From: Eledone cirrhosa
Lineage: Eukaryota
Length of the DNA stretch: 64,000 bases
Direction of reading: 5' to 3'
Assembly (NCBI GenBank): GCA_964016885.1
Contig: OZ024742.1
Coordinates: forward strand, 18,662,001-18,726,000
The notes under the pieces were generated by a model. That model ran no database searches. It was not told the origin of the DNA and saw only the letters and a program-made list of their open reading frames with translations. Of the stretch, positions 12,479 to 25,756 are shown in pieces. Every line of letters begins with the position of its first letter. Positions within the stretch are counted from its first letter, which is position 1. The position numbers were made by a program, and so were the translations under genes.

Positions 12479-12754
12479 TGTTGTATTCCTCTCGGTACTC
12501 GCAGAGAAAACACAACGAGTTATATCAAATAATTTGTGTAATTTGCGAAACAACCAAAACGCCCCTCCTCGCAGTAGCAGAATAACATAAAGTAAGTAAG
12601 TAGCAGTCTGTGACCGAGTTTTTAATACCAACGCTGACTGACTGCCCAGGTCACGTGATTCATATGCAAATGTGTGAGCACGTGTACATTTAATAGAAAT
12701 TTAATAGTCCATACAACAATGAAGTTGTGAGTTCGATTCCCAGTCCATACAACA
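12479..12754 (-). repeat. 3' LTR
   Basis: Direct repeat of 17113-17391; TGTTGTA...TACAACA termini. Confidence 0.95.
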
Positions 12755-12788
12755 CCTCCCCACCGAAATTGATGCGACAAAAGAAGCA

Positions 12789-15700
12789 TCAACAGCAAAG
12801 TCTCTCTGGGGGTTTACGAGTTCTCTTGGACCGTCTTCGATTGTCTGGTCCATACTCTGGAACGGGCAACAAGGTCTTGGGTCTGGTCTGTCTTGGAGTT
12901 AGTGGAACGATTTCCGAGATCTCCATCGGGTGATCTGTTGCAAATTCAAAAACAGTGTCTACTGCATCACCAGGTTCATTGTCTTCCTCAGTAGTGTACC
13001 GCGGTTGCAGCTGTTCCCAGTGTCGTCTCCACACCGGGCCATGAGGTATGACCTCAACGTTGAAGCAGCGAGTACCCATTGACTTCTTAATGATTGCTGG
13101 TACCCATCGGGGATCTTCGTCTCGGCGAGGTCCGTAGTACAGTGCATACACAGGATCTCCAGCCTTGTACTGCCTGGTAACCTTAGCGACACCTGCCGAG
13201 TCCGGAGTCATCTGAGATTTATATGCTTCCTTAGACTGCTTGCCTTGAGCGATGTGTGCTGGCGAGGCAGCAGAGAATCAATCCTTGTCCGTATCTGCCG
13301 GTGATTCAAAAGTTCACTCGGGAGAATCCACTGGATGTCGCTGTTCTCCGGTACTGCATCAAGAACTCTTGAAGTGCTCGCTTCGGCGGAAGAGAAGTCT
13401 TCCTCAGAGCTTGTTTGAAGGTCTGCACCAAACATTCCGCTGCTCCGTTGGTAGCTGGGTGGTAAGGTGCCCCTGTCAGGTGCGTGATCCCAGGTTCTTT
13501 GCACCAGCTCTGGAACTCCTCAGAAATAAAAGTTGGTGCGTTATCGGTGACTAGCGTGTGAGAAAATCCGAAGTGCGCAAAGTCTTCTTCAAGCAGATCT
13601 AAAGTGGCTCTGGAGGACGTGGATGACGTAGGATGAATGCATGGATACTTGGAATAAGCATCCGTGATCACCAACCAATTATTGCCCATGAAATTTATTG
13701 CGTGGTCCAGGTGTAAGGGGCTCCACGGCTTTTCAGGTAACATCCATGGGTGAACAGGAGACTTGGATGGCTGGTTTTGATGTTCACCACACGAATCACA
13801 TTGTCGACTGGTTTTCTCTATAGCAGCATCGATACCAGGCCAATAAACAGCAGTTCTTGCCAATTGTTTCATGCGCTCCATGCCAAAGTGTCCGAGATGC
13901 AAAAGATTGAGGATCTTTGGCTGTAAGCTATGTGGAATCACAACTCTCGATCCATGGATAAGGCATCCGTGGCAGATACTGAGTGAATCCGATAACTTCC
14001 GGAACTTATTGACTTCGTCATTGATCTCAGTATTCTTTGGTGGCCAGCCTTCACGGATGTAGCGTATCACTGTAGATATCACTGGATCTTTCCCTGACTC
14101 TTGACGGAGGACGTTAGAATCGATAGGTTGGACTTGAAGACTGAGAGCTTTGATGGCGCACACCATGTCCATGTCTTCACCATTTTCCTTCCTGTCAAAG
14201 TCGATGTCATTACCAAATGGCAAGCCACTGAGGGCATCTGCATTGCCATGATCCGCTGTTTTCCGATATTCGATGGTGTAGTCAAACTGGTTCAGCCACA
14301 GGGCCCACCGTGCTAGTCGGTTAGCAGCGAGAAGTGGCGTCCCTTTCCTCGGACTGAACAGTGATGTCAGTGGCTTGTGGTCAGTTACGAGTATAAACTG
14401 ATGTCCGTACAGATACTGATAGAACTTCTGCAAGCCAAATATGATGGCCAGGACTTCCTTTTGAATTTGACCGTAGTTACGCTGTGCAGAAGTAAGAATC
14501 TTGGACACATTGGATATTGGGCACTCGCTTCTATCAGGATAGCGATGAAACAGGACTGCTCCAATACCAACGTTTGACGCGTCACAAGCCAGTCCCAAAG
14601 TTTTGTTTGGATCGAAGTGTATCAGAACTTGATCCGATGAAAGCACATTTTTCAACTGATCGAAAGCTGACTGTTCTTCATCTCTCCACTTCCAAGTAGT
14701 CGTTTTTTTCGTAAGGCAATAGAGTGGCTCTGCCATGCTGGCCAGGTTTGGGATAAACTTTCCATAGAACTGAACTGAACCCAGGAAAGACTTCAAGCTT
14801 GAGACGTTCGTTGGAGGTGGCATCTTTAAAACTGCTTCGACCTTGGATCCCTTCGCGATCCCTTCAGCTGACAAGGTGTGTCCAAGGTATTCCACACTGG
14901 GTAGTGCAAACTGGCACTTGTCACGGCGACATCTGAGTCCTTTGTCGCACAGACGTGTGAGCAGACACTTTAGGTTGTTCAGGTGATCGTTTGCATCTTT
15001 CCCACTGACGAGCATGTCGTCCTGGAAGACGGCCACACCAGGTAGATCTTGAGTCAGGTTTTCCATGATCTCCTGAAAGTAACCAGGTGCTGACTTGATT
15101 CCGAAAGGGAGTCGTTCCTGCAGTAGCACCCCACGGTGAGTGCTGAGTGCAAGCCTGCGTTGACTTTCTGGAGCCAGCTTGATCTGATTATAGGCATCAG
15201 CAAGATCAATCTTTGTGTATCCGAATCCACCTCCGAGCTTCTGCATCAGTTCCTCTGGGAGTGGCATTGGATGACGATGATCTGCAAGTTGGTCATTAAT
15301 TCCCACAGAGTAGTCACCACAAATCCGTAGTTTGGGCTTCAGGTTGCCTGAAGTATGTGCTTTACGAATCGGTACCACTGGCGTTCCGTATTCGTTGAAC
15401 TGTACTGGCTTCCAGATTCCTTTGGCGATGCCTTCTTCGTAACCTTTGGCCAGGTCATCACGAAGAGAAAACGGGACCGGGCGTGCCTTGTGAAAGACCG
15501 GTGTCGCGTCCGACTTGAACTTCACTTCCAGTTCGAAGTCATTAAGACATCCCGATTCTTGCTTGAAGAGATCTGGGAATTCATCACACATGTTGTGACA
15601 ATCTCGTTGCATGGAAATATAGGGCTCATTTGAGGTCTTTGGATGCATCACATCTGTACCCTCACTCTTCGCCTGGCTGTCTATGCTTTTCAATCCTAGA

Positions 15701-17049
15701 GCATTGTCCACGGAAATTCCCAGAGTCTGGATAGCATTTCGTCCCAGCAAATTAAGATCAGGGATCTTGGTGACGATGTAGGGTATTGAATTCCGTTTAC
15801 CGGTCGTTGGATCCTTGGTTTGGCCCATGAAAGTTTCCAGAACGGGCAGGTCGTGCTTGCTGGCAGATTCAAACCGATGTTTGACATCCAGCAGCTTCGG
15901 TTTTCCTAATTGTTTCAAAATAATAAGGAAAGAAAAATTGCCTGTAGTAGCTGTGTCCAATTCCATTGTGAAAAGTCTGTTCTGGATTGTTATTGGCACA
16001 TTCAAACTATGAGTATCGTGGGGAACTTCACCAAAGATCGCCTTGACTAGCTCAGCTTTCGTGATTCTTTTCACGTATTTCTGTGAGCGATGATTATGTT
16101 GCTGATGTTGTTTCTTTCTACACACCGCTTGAAAAGGTCCCTTTTTGTCACAAAAATGACATTTGGCTTCTTTGAAGGGGCAGTCTGTCGCTTTGTGGGC
16201 CTTTCCACATCGGTAGCACATCTCCTGGTCTGTGGAATAAGACTGCTGATAGTTCTTTCGAGGACCCTTGTTCTTGTTCTGCTGGACCTTGTAGACTTGC
16301 TTGGTTTTGGAACCGTAAACAGTTTCCTTGGCAACCTTTGCTGCGTCTTCGGTCCCGATGGCAACTTGGACAGCACGGGCGAAATCTAGTTCTGTATCCT
16401 TGATCTTGAAAATAGCCTTCAACACAGCTTCATTATTGACAGAACATATAAATCTCTGTCTTAGAGCTTCATCTTGTGGATTTGTGATCGAAGGAAAATT
16501 ACAGGTAGCTGCATCCTGACGTATACGTGCTGCCAGCTCCTGGAGAGTTTCGCCTGGCTTCCGTTGCATGTCACTCCAGAACTTGAAACGTTCTCTCACA
16601 ATGAAAAGTTTTGGGTCGAACTGTTCTTTCATGAAGTCAACAATTTCGTCCATTGTCAACTTGTTGATATTCTTAGGCGGACTTTGTTGAGCAGCCAGAT
16701 TTGCAAGTTGTTTGTAGATAGCAGCCGTCTGATTAGTCAGGAACACTTGTGTCATGCGTTGCTCAGGTACAGCGTTAGCAGCCACAAACGTGCAGAATCT
16801 TGACCAGTAATCAGGCTATAGTTCTGTTGTTGAATTAAAAGCAGCAAATGGTGGGATGAATGCTGTTGGTGTCGAAGCAACTGGCGACGCCAATAAACTC
16901 TGTTGTTCAGAATCTCGAGCACCAAACAGTTTTATCAGAGTGTCCATATCTTTCTTGTGTTGTTGCATTTGTTGCGACGCCAATAAACTCTGTTGTTCCA
17001 TCTGTTCTCTAAACAACTTTATTAGCTCCGCTGTTTGTTGTTCCGCCAT
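12789..17049 (-). pseudogene. gag-pol polyprotein (Gag Zn knuckles, protease, RT, RNase H, integrase), disrupted
   Basis: ATG at 17049; in-frame TAG at 16816 (probably from TGG); CYRCGKAH and CHFC knuckles, LDTA protease, FQDD RT, DAS/TDHKPL RNase H, HHCC + DDE integrase; frameshift near 13320. Confidence 0.95.
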
Positions 17050-17086
17050 GTTTTTATGATAAACAATTTCCCGGCAGTGTAGGTAA

Positions 17087-17104
17087 ATCCTATCGGCGAC
17101 GCCA
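17087..17104 (-). promoter_or_regulatory. Primer-binding site (tRNA-Ser-like)
   Basis: TGGCGTCGCCGATAGGAT just inside the 5' LTR; the tRNA identity is inferred from the TGGCG...AGGAT pattern. Confidence 0.6.
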
Positions 17105-17112
17105 ATAAACTC

Positions 17113-17391
17113 TGTTGTATTCCTCTCGGTACTCGCAGAGAAAACACAACGAGTTATATCAAATAATTTGTGTAATTTGCGAAACAACCATAACGCCCAC
17201 CCCCCTCGCAGTAGCAGAATAACATAAAGTAAGTAAGTAGCAGTCTGTGACCGAGTTTTTAATACCAACGCTGACTGACTGCCCAGGTCACGTGATTTAT
17301 ATGCAAATGTGTGAGCACGTGTAAATTGAATAGAAATTTAACAGTCCAGACAACAATGAGGTTGTGAGTTCGATTCCCAGTCCATACAACA
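17113..17391 (-). repeat. 5' LTR
   Basis: Direct repeat of 12479-12754; followed on the minus strand by an 8-nt spacer and the PBS. Confidence 0.95.
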
Positions 17392-17582
17392 CAACTATTG
17401 ATACATTCTCTGCTATGCCTAACTGGGAAACTGAATATGATATACTTAAATATTTCATATTTGCCAGAACTTTAATACTTATTTTTAGCTCTAGAATTCT
17501 AGTTTATCATTAGAAATGAAATAATTTAATAGCGTGTATATATATTTCTGCGCTTGAGTACTTTCTTTATACTGATATATAT

Positions 17583-17660
<78 letters not shown>

Positions 17661-17787
17661 TAATAATAATAAATGTGACGACTAAAATCCAAAGAGGGCT
17701 CGATAAGGATAAATATATATCAAATATATAAGAACCCTAGGGCAAATATTTATTAAAATAACAGATTAAAGTTTAAGCAAAGAATCG

Positions 17788-17833
<46 letters not shown>

Positions 17834-17839
<6 letters not shown>

Positions 17840-18052
17840 TATAAAGAAAGTACTCAAGCGCAGAAATGCTATAAAGATAGCTTATAAAATAGGGTGAACA
17901 ACCTTAAAAGACACTATGAAGAAATGAATCTCAAATCTACCAGATTCCTCATAGCGGCAGATGGCAACTTCTTTTCCCATCTTTTAAGGGTCTTCACCCA
18001 TTGCTATAAGCTATCCTGATAGCATTTCTACGATTGAGCACTTTCTTTATAT
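17834..18052. repeat. Diverged inverted repeat element in (TA)n; related tail at 17543-17580
   Basis: TATAAAGAAAGTACTCAAGCGCAGAAATGCTAT.. versus ..ATAGCATTTCTACGATTGAGCACTTTCTTTATA. Confidence 0.65.
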
Positions 18053-18128
18053 ACATACATATATTCATAACCCCCCTCCCCCCACACACACACCCAAACA
18101 AACACATTCACACACACAAACACACATT

Positions 18129-18192
<64 letters not shown>

Positions 18193-18271
18193 TATAGAAA
18201 TATCTTCTTTATACTCTGCTTTGTATTGCGTACCTTACTGTGGTTACTCCCGATTGAACCCGGGATAAACC

Positions 18272-18303
<32 letters not shown>

Positions 18304-18344
18304 CGATATTAAACAAATGGAAACTATATTTATAAAACCATATT

Positions 18345-18410
18345 TATTCCATTATACATATTTCAGGGATACCATATTAAAAATATGGCATGCCTTCTTC
18401 AGATAAAATA
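18345..18410 (-). ncRNA. Type I hammerhead ribozyme, family C
   Basis: Inverted copy of 19257-19322. Confidence 0.8.
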
Positions 18411-19256
18411 CAATATATAAGCAGTTTTATAAATAAATTTGACGTACCATAAATATTGATCAACTTCCATTTAAAAAGTTGGTTTGGTAGTGAAATGTTT
18501 GTAAATATTTAGTGTTAAGCACAGTTAGAAAGAAAGACGGAGAGAAGGAATAAATGTATGTAAAGAAAAACAGAGAGAGATAGAGAGAGATATGGGAGAG
18601 AGAAATAGTGAGGAGGTGAAAGTACATATATACTTATGTATATTTGATGTTTTATCTCAGTTTTTGGTATATCGACCTAAGAATTTTTAAACTAAACTTA
18701 TGGTCATTATTTTTCACACATTATATATCTATGTCTCATTCATGAATATTGATATTTACATTATAATACCCAATTCATATGAATTGATAATTCAAATTGA
18801 TAGGACATAACGTAAAGTTATAAATCTGTCATCCTTCTCTCTTGATATAGCTCTTTCTTCTCCTCCCTCTATACATGATGAAATTTAAGTATCGCTGTTT
18901 TCTCTTTATTTATTTTTTATTTCTCTCCGTCTCCTTAACACTATAACTAAATAAATAAATAAATAAATAAATAATTACAGTACTCCCTCCCTCCTAAATC
19001 TCTCAATTTGTATGATGAATTATTATTATTCATCTGTTGCCTCAGCTGCCTCTCATTTTTCACCTCCTCACTATTTCTCTCTCCCATATCTCTCTCTATC
19101 TCTCTCTGTTTTTCTTTACATACATTTATTCCTTCTCTCCGTCTTTCTTTCTAACTAAATATTTACAAACATTTCACTACCAAACCAACTTTTTAAATGG
19201 AAGTTGATCAATATTTATGGTACGTCAAATTTATTTATAAAACTGCTTATATATTG

Positions 19257-19322
19257 TATTTTATCTGAAGAAGGCATGCCATATTTTTAATATGGTATCC
19301 CTGAAATATGTATAATGAAATA
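19257..19322 (+). ncRNA. Type I hammerhead ribozyme, family C
   Basis: TATTTTAT-CTGAAGA-AGG C ATGCCATATT TTT AATATGGTAT C CCT-GAAA-TATGTA-TA-ATGAAATA; stem II covaries relative to the 9959 copy. Confidence 0.85.
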
Positions 19323-19449
19323 AATATGGTTTTATAAATATAGTTTCCATTTGTTTAATATCGTATATCTACTCCAAAACTTGTTGAGTGCTTTATATCA
19401 GTTATAAAATATTTACTCGTTGTAACCCAACAATTTTAAATAAAACTTT

Positions 19450-19508
<59 letters not shown>

Positions 19509-19605
19509 GAATGAAGTAATTCCGTCGGAAAAGTCCAGGAAAAGAGAGTGTTCTATGTAGGTAACAGAGCTTAATAGTTATGTAATAAACAACATAAGGC
19601 AATTA

Positions 19606-19665
19606 TTCCATTTACCAGTGGTTTCTTAAAAGCAAAAGAATTTGCTTTCAATCCTCAGAATGAAA
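19606..19665 (-). ncRNA. Type I hammerhead ribozyme, family E
   Basis: TTTCATT-CTGAGGA-TTGAAAGCAAA TTCT TTTGCTTTTAA-GAAA-CCA C TGG-TA-AATGGAA. Confidence 0.85.
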
Positions 19666-20035
19666 AAATCCTGGTCTGTTTATTGAATTTGAATTTAAAA
19701 AAAACAAAAATGCAATCTATATGAAAGTGAGGCTGGAGAAAGAAGAAGGAAAGGAAAAATAAAATAAAACCACACATGCAAACACACACACAAACACGCA
19801 CACACACACAAAAGCATACATACACACACACATATATATATATATATACATACACTCATACATGCACACATATATACACACATATATGTGTATATAAATA
19901 CACACATACACATACATATACACATACATACATACGCACATAAATATCAGCACATCCATGCATACACATACATATATACAACCACACACACATATATACA
20001 CACATACATATAGAAACATAAATATATATATATAC

Positions 20036-20118
<83 letters not shown>

Positions 20119-20569
20119 TGCATACACATACACAAACATAGCATACACACATACATATACATAGATACATGCACACAATCATACCTATATACACACGTAC
20201 ATACATACACATAAATAAATGCGTACACATACATATACAAAATTAGAAAAATATACACTCCTCTACATATTCACACACGCAAATAAATATAAGAAAAAAT
20301 ATAATTAAAAAAAAAAAAATAATAATAAAGATTATTATAGAGGTGACAGCGATACAAACGGCGGGTAGATGAACAGACACGCGTGGTAAGTAATACACAC
20401 AAATGCACATATACATACGTACGAAATAGTGAATACATACACACACTCTCACACATAAATATACATATACAAATAATAAACACATACATACACATACACA
20501 AATACATACACAAATACGCACACACAATATATATTATACAAGTATACAATTATACTCACACATATACAA

Positions 20570-20660
<91 letters not shown>

Positions 20661-20681
20661 AATACATATATATATATATAT

Positions 20682-20712
<31 letters not shown>

Positions 20713-20754
20713 CAAATACATATATATATATATATTATATATATATATATATAT

Positions 20755-20810
<56 letters not shown>

Positions 20811-20818
20811 ATATATAT

Positions 20819-20849
<31 letters not shown>

Positions 20850-21704
20850 GTATTTGTATATGTGTGTGTATAATTGTATACGTGTGTGTGTGCATGTTTG
20901 TGTATGTATTTGTGTATGTGTATGTATGTGTTTATTATTTGTATATGTATATTTATGTGTGAGAGTGTGTGTATGTATTCACTATTTCGTACGTATGTAT
21001 ATGTGCATTTGTGTGTATTACTTACCACGCGTGTCTGTTCATCTACCCGCCGTTTGTATCGCTGTCAACTCTATAATAATCTTTATTATTATTTTATTTT
21101 TTTTAAATTATATTTTTTCTTATATTTATTTGCGTGTGTGAATATGTAGAGGAGTGTATATTTTTCTAATTTTGTACATGTATATGTACGCATTTATGTA
21201 TGTGTATGTATGTACGTGTGTATATAGGTATGATTGTGTGCATGTATGTATGTATGTATGTATATGTATGTGTGTATGGCTATGTTTGTGTATGTGTATG
21301 CATGTACATATATATATATATATATTTATGTTTCTATATGTATGTATGTGTGCATATATGTGTGTGTGGTTGTATATATGTATGTGTATGTATGGATGTG
21401 CTGATATTTATGTGCGTATGTATGTATGTGTATATGTATGTGCATGTGTGTATTTATATACACATATATGCGTGTATATATGTGTGTATGTATGTATGAG
21501 TGTATGTATATATATATATATATATTTATATGTGTGTGTGTGTGTGTATGTATGCTTTTGTGTGTGTGTGTGCGTGTTTGTATGTGTGTTTGCATGTGTG
21601 GTTTTATTTTATTTTTCCTTTCCTTCTTCTTTCTCCAGCCTCACTTTCATATAGATTGCATTTTTGTTTTTTAAAATCCATATTCAATAAACAGACCAGG
21701 ATTT

Positions 21705-21764
21705 TTTCATTCTGAGGATTGAAAGCAAAATCTTTTGCTTTTAAGAAACCACTGGTAAATGGAA
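21705..21764 (+). ncRNA. Type I hammerhead ribozyme, family E
   Basis: TTTCATT-CTGAGGA-TTGAAAGCAAAA TC TTTTGCTTTTAA-GAAA-CCACTGG-TA-AATGGAA. Confidence 0.85.
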
Positions 21765-21788
21765 TAATTGCCTTATGTTGTTTATTAC

Positions 21789-21882
<94 letters not shown>

Positions 21883-21884
21883 CT

Positions 21885-21950
<66 letters not shown>

Positions 21951-22348
21951 TTGTATATATATGTGTGTGTGTATGTATATATATATATATATATTCTCAC
22001 CGCTTCAAAAGACGAACATTCAATAGTAAATATGTTTTATATTTCAGAAGCTAACTTTTATACGTAAGAACATAATTATAATCAGGTTAATTCTTAAGAG
22101 ATTAATTATAATTATCTTAATATTATACAATCGCACTTTGTTGGCTAGACAAAATCATTAGAATGTTGGAAAAAATGCTTTGCAGTATTTTATTACGGCC
22201 CTTTATGTTCTGAGTTCAAATCCCACCGAGGTCAACTTTGCGTTTCGTCTTTCCAAGTGTCAATAAAATAAAGAACCAGCAAAGTACTGGGACCGATTTA
22301 ATTGCTGGCTTTGTGCCTAAATTAGAAATGTTACGCAGTGGTGCATTA

Positions 22349-23806
22349 TCTCTCTATATATAAAACCGAAGATGTCTGTCTGTGTGTGTGTATGATTTTT
22401 ATGCATTTCCACTTTTCTCTACCGATTTTGATGATTTTTTTCCAATGTGCTCCAAATTTACCAACGATGGTCAACGCATAATAAACTTTGCCAAACATTT
22501 CCTGCTTCTATGAAAAGAAATCGATAAAACTAAATACATGCTGTAAAACTCTCTCTTACACGCTTATTCACTCTCTCTACTACCCAACAGCGACAAAACG
22601 TCGTTCAGGAACGCGACATAAACTTTGAAAACTAAGCAACACATCATTTTATACAACAACAAACATAGTCATAACGCTCTCTCCGTCGCTCTTCCCTCTC
22701 TCTATAATAGATTATTCCCCCTCTCTATAATTTAACTGCTTTACTCTCTTCATGCTTTGAGGTTTAACACACCTCTCTATAGTTTCTTAGCTTTACTCTC
22801 TCCGTCGCTCTTCCCTCTCGCTATAATAGATTATTCCCCCTCTCTATAATTTAACTGCTTTACTCTAGCTGTCGCTCTTCACTCTCTATATGACAACACT
22901 GTTTTACACACCTCCCTATAGTTTCTTAGATTTACTCTCTCCGTCGTTCGTCCCTCTCTCTATAATAGATTATTCCTCCTCTATAATTTAACTGCTGGGG
23001 GAGTCATTGGAGTTCCGTATTGACATAAGGCTTTTCTGGGGTATTTTAAATCGGCTTATTGCAAATAACAACCCGCAAAATAACACTTCATATAACAGAT
23101 AAATGCTATAGACATATGAATCGGAATGTTTAAATTATTTATTTTTACGACTTTCATTGGTTAAATATTAATATGACAACACCCATAGTGTTGTACTTCT
23201 GGTAATTCTACCGAATACATTGCCAAGGATGAACCTTTTCCCCTCGGCGTCAGATATCCCGTTCAATTTCCGGCGATCCCAATTCCTGGTGAGACCATGT
23301 TTTGCCATGTCCATTAACAAGTCACAAGAGAAAACATTGTCGGTGGCGGGCATCCATTTGGCGGAGCCATGCTTCTGCCATGGCCAACTTTAGGTTGCCT
23401 GTTCCCGTGTAGGGAGCAGGAATGGACTTTTTGCTTACACTCCTCAAGGGATGACACGCAATATCGTCTACAAAAGAGGTGCTATAGATATTGGTGCAGG
23501 TGTTGGAGGTGTTGGAACTATGCCGCCTGGAAAACTATTTCCTGGTAGGGTCACCCATGGCGGACAGATCTGACACCCAGCGGCATCAGGGCCACCATCT
23601 TGCAACTTTGGCCTGCTAAATTCGCTATTGGAAGATTATTAACCCATCATTGTCCAAAATGCTAATTGGTTCGTAACTGTTAATAACCGATTCAACTGCT
23701 TTATGCACTTAATTGATATACTTATTCGCTTTCAAGCCACGTTTACCTGTATATAACTTTTCATAGCAAATGAACAAACCCTAGCAACGCCGGGCTAAAC
23801 TGCTAG
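22349..23806 (+). mobile_element. Non-autonomous (internally deleted) Helitron
   Basis: Inserted between A and T; 5' TCTCTCTATATATAAA; 3' GCAACGCCGGG hairpin region then CTAG; internal ~120-bp minisatellite 22675-23000; helicase remnant. Confidence 0.88.
23220..23487 (+). pseudogene. Helitron RepHel PIF1-helicase C-terminal remnant
   Basis: Manual translation LPRMNLFPSASDIPFNFRRSQFLVRPCFAMSINKSQEKTLSVAGIHLAEPCFCHGQL*VACSRVG...TRNIVYK(frameshift)EVL*. Confidence 0.9.
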
Positions 23807-25037
23807 TTTTTAACAAAAGGTTGTAAAGATAGGTATATTAATGAAGAACTCGGATGAATAGTTGTTAATAGGTTATAGAACAACCAGGCTAATGGTTACA
23901 GTGTGTGAAGGCATTCATTCACCATTCGATACGGCCAATACTCGTGGAGCGTGCAATGATATCAAGAAAACCATTAGTTAAACCCAGTCTGGAACTAGCT
24001 GTTGAAACGGCAAGAGCTCAGCCACCGGGACCCTGATTCTTTATAATATGACCATACTCTAATACCTCAAGTATCGAGTACTCTGGTGAGTAATAGTCTA
24101 ACCAGTTTTAAACTGAATCCATCTGATTTATTTAGTGAATATACAATTAAATTTGTGAAGTGGGTAGATGTTACTTAACACTAGAAATATAAATATTCCT
24201 CGTTGTAAAAATCTTAAATAAGTTTCAGGGACATATTATTAGAAATTAATTATAAAATTATGGTTATGAAAATATGGAAAAAAGTTTACTTATAAAAAAA
24301 TTGGATCGCCCACGAGAAGGACTTGATTAGAAGATAGATTATTGCAAATGAAATAAAAATTTAAAATAGTTATAGAAATATTAGACAGAAACTATTTAGT
24401 CCTCTCCAAGTATGGATATAGTAGATTTCTCCCGAAGAAGGGTAGGGTAAAGAGTGAGAAAATAGAAGTGAGAAAGACATATAGAGGAAGAATCAACTCC
24501 AGTACTAGACTGGTATTTCTTTATCCACCTTGAATGGATGAAAGGAAAAGTTGACCTGGGCGGGATTTGAGAGCAGAACACCGAAACGAACACCACAAAG
24601 CATTCTATACGACGTTCTAACAGCCCTAAAATTGCTGGCCTTGTGCCTAAATCAAAGACCATTATTGTAGGGGAAGGAGTTTTATTGTATTGCTTGTAAT
24701 GTTTGTACATCTTATAAACGACAATTTTCTATGTTTCATGTGGAATATGAAGATTGACATTGGTTCCAGCTGGTCATTATATCTTTAGTTAGTACTTATA
24801 AACGAACTGAAACAGATTTACTAGAAATACATACAAATATGTACAGACATAAAATATGTTGGACGTTTACCTGCACACACACGCACAGCGAGAGAGAGGG
24901 GGAGAAGGAGAGAGAGAGACGCGCACACACATAGACACAAACACACAGACACAGACACAAACAGACTGACACACACACACACACACACACACCGACACAC
25001 ACACAAACACAGACACACACACACACACACAGACACA

Positions 25038-25074
<37 letters not shown>

Positions 25075-25700
25075 CCACAAACACATCGTGGACTTCTATG
25101 CCATGGCGCATTCATTCTGGACAATCATTGACAAATACAAAATATATAAATTGTATTGAAAAACATTTATTCTGCAATAACATGAAACAAATATGTTTGT
25201 TAATGCTTACAGAGAATACAGAGAAAGAGCGCTGAAACATATTAGTCATTAGATAAGACGTTATAGATTGGAGCTAATCGTATTGTCAGATAAGGACCCT
25301 AGATTTGTTCTAGGTAAACATTTAAACTAGTAGAACCTGTTTTAAGGGACAACAAATTGTTATGTCCCTTAGATAATATGGATTGTAGAAACATTCGGAT
25401 TAAATGTACTATCGGATAAAGAACATGTATTTCTTGTACGTCAATGGAAAACCACAATCCTATCGTATAACAATATGGCTTATTCTATAGGAGAAACTCC
25501 CTGGTACGCAGTAAATAAACAAAAGGAAGAAGATGAAGCGAAGAATATAAATTGGATATAATGTATTGTGTTGCGTTCAGTATTATGTTGCATCCAGTAT
25601 TGTGTCGTATACTGCATCAATTGTGTCGTTTACTACACCACTTATCATGCATACTGCACAAATTATCATGCATATTGCACCAATTATGTTTGTAATCAAT

Positions 25701-25756
<56 letters not shown>

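Larger units (their letters stand above)
12479..17391 (-). mobile_element. Full-length Ty3/Gypsy LTR retrotransposon (Mag-like, single gag-pol frame)
   Basis: LTRs 12479-12754 and 17113-17391 (TG...CA; ~7-8 substitutions plus one small indel); 5-bp TSD CAACT at 12474-12478 and 17392-17396; PPT 12755-12765; PBS TGGCGTCGCCGATAGGAT. Confidence 0.97.
18300..19452. mobile_element. Head-to-head pLTR element, family C: arms 18303-18620 and 19058-19365
   Basis: Reverse-complement arms; homologous to 9755-10155 including the tail; (TA)n on both sides. Confidence 0.85.
19505..21792. mobile_element. ~2.2-kb head-to-head duplication of a PLE-like 3' UTR/pLTR, family E
   Basis: 19580-20570 is the reverse complement of ~20850-21790; microsatellite-rich; a hammerhead at each outer end; third copy at 62185-62320. 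Confidence 0.85.

Noticed and set aside
12729-12741. tRNA gene
   Set aside because: Only a B-box-like motif is present; no cloverleaf. SINE heads elsewhere are likewise not tRNA genes
16816-16818. Programmed gag readthrough stop
   Set aside because: It lies early in gag where Trp is expected (EL*PDYWSRF); best explained as a TGG to TAG mutation
19655-22067. Many long ORFs of [12 protein letters not shown] type (also at 37-41, 49-50 and 54-63 kb)
   Set aside because: Translations of (TA)n/(TG)n microsatellites that lack stop codons; not genes
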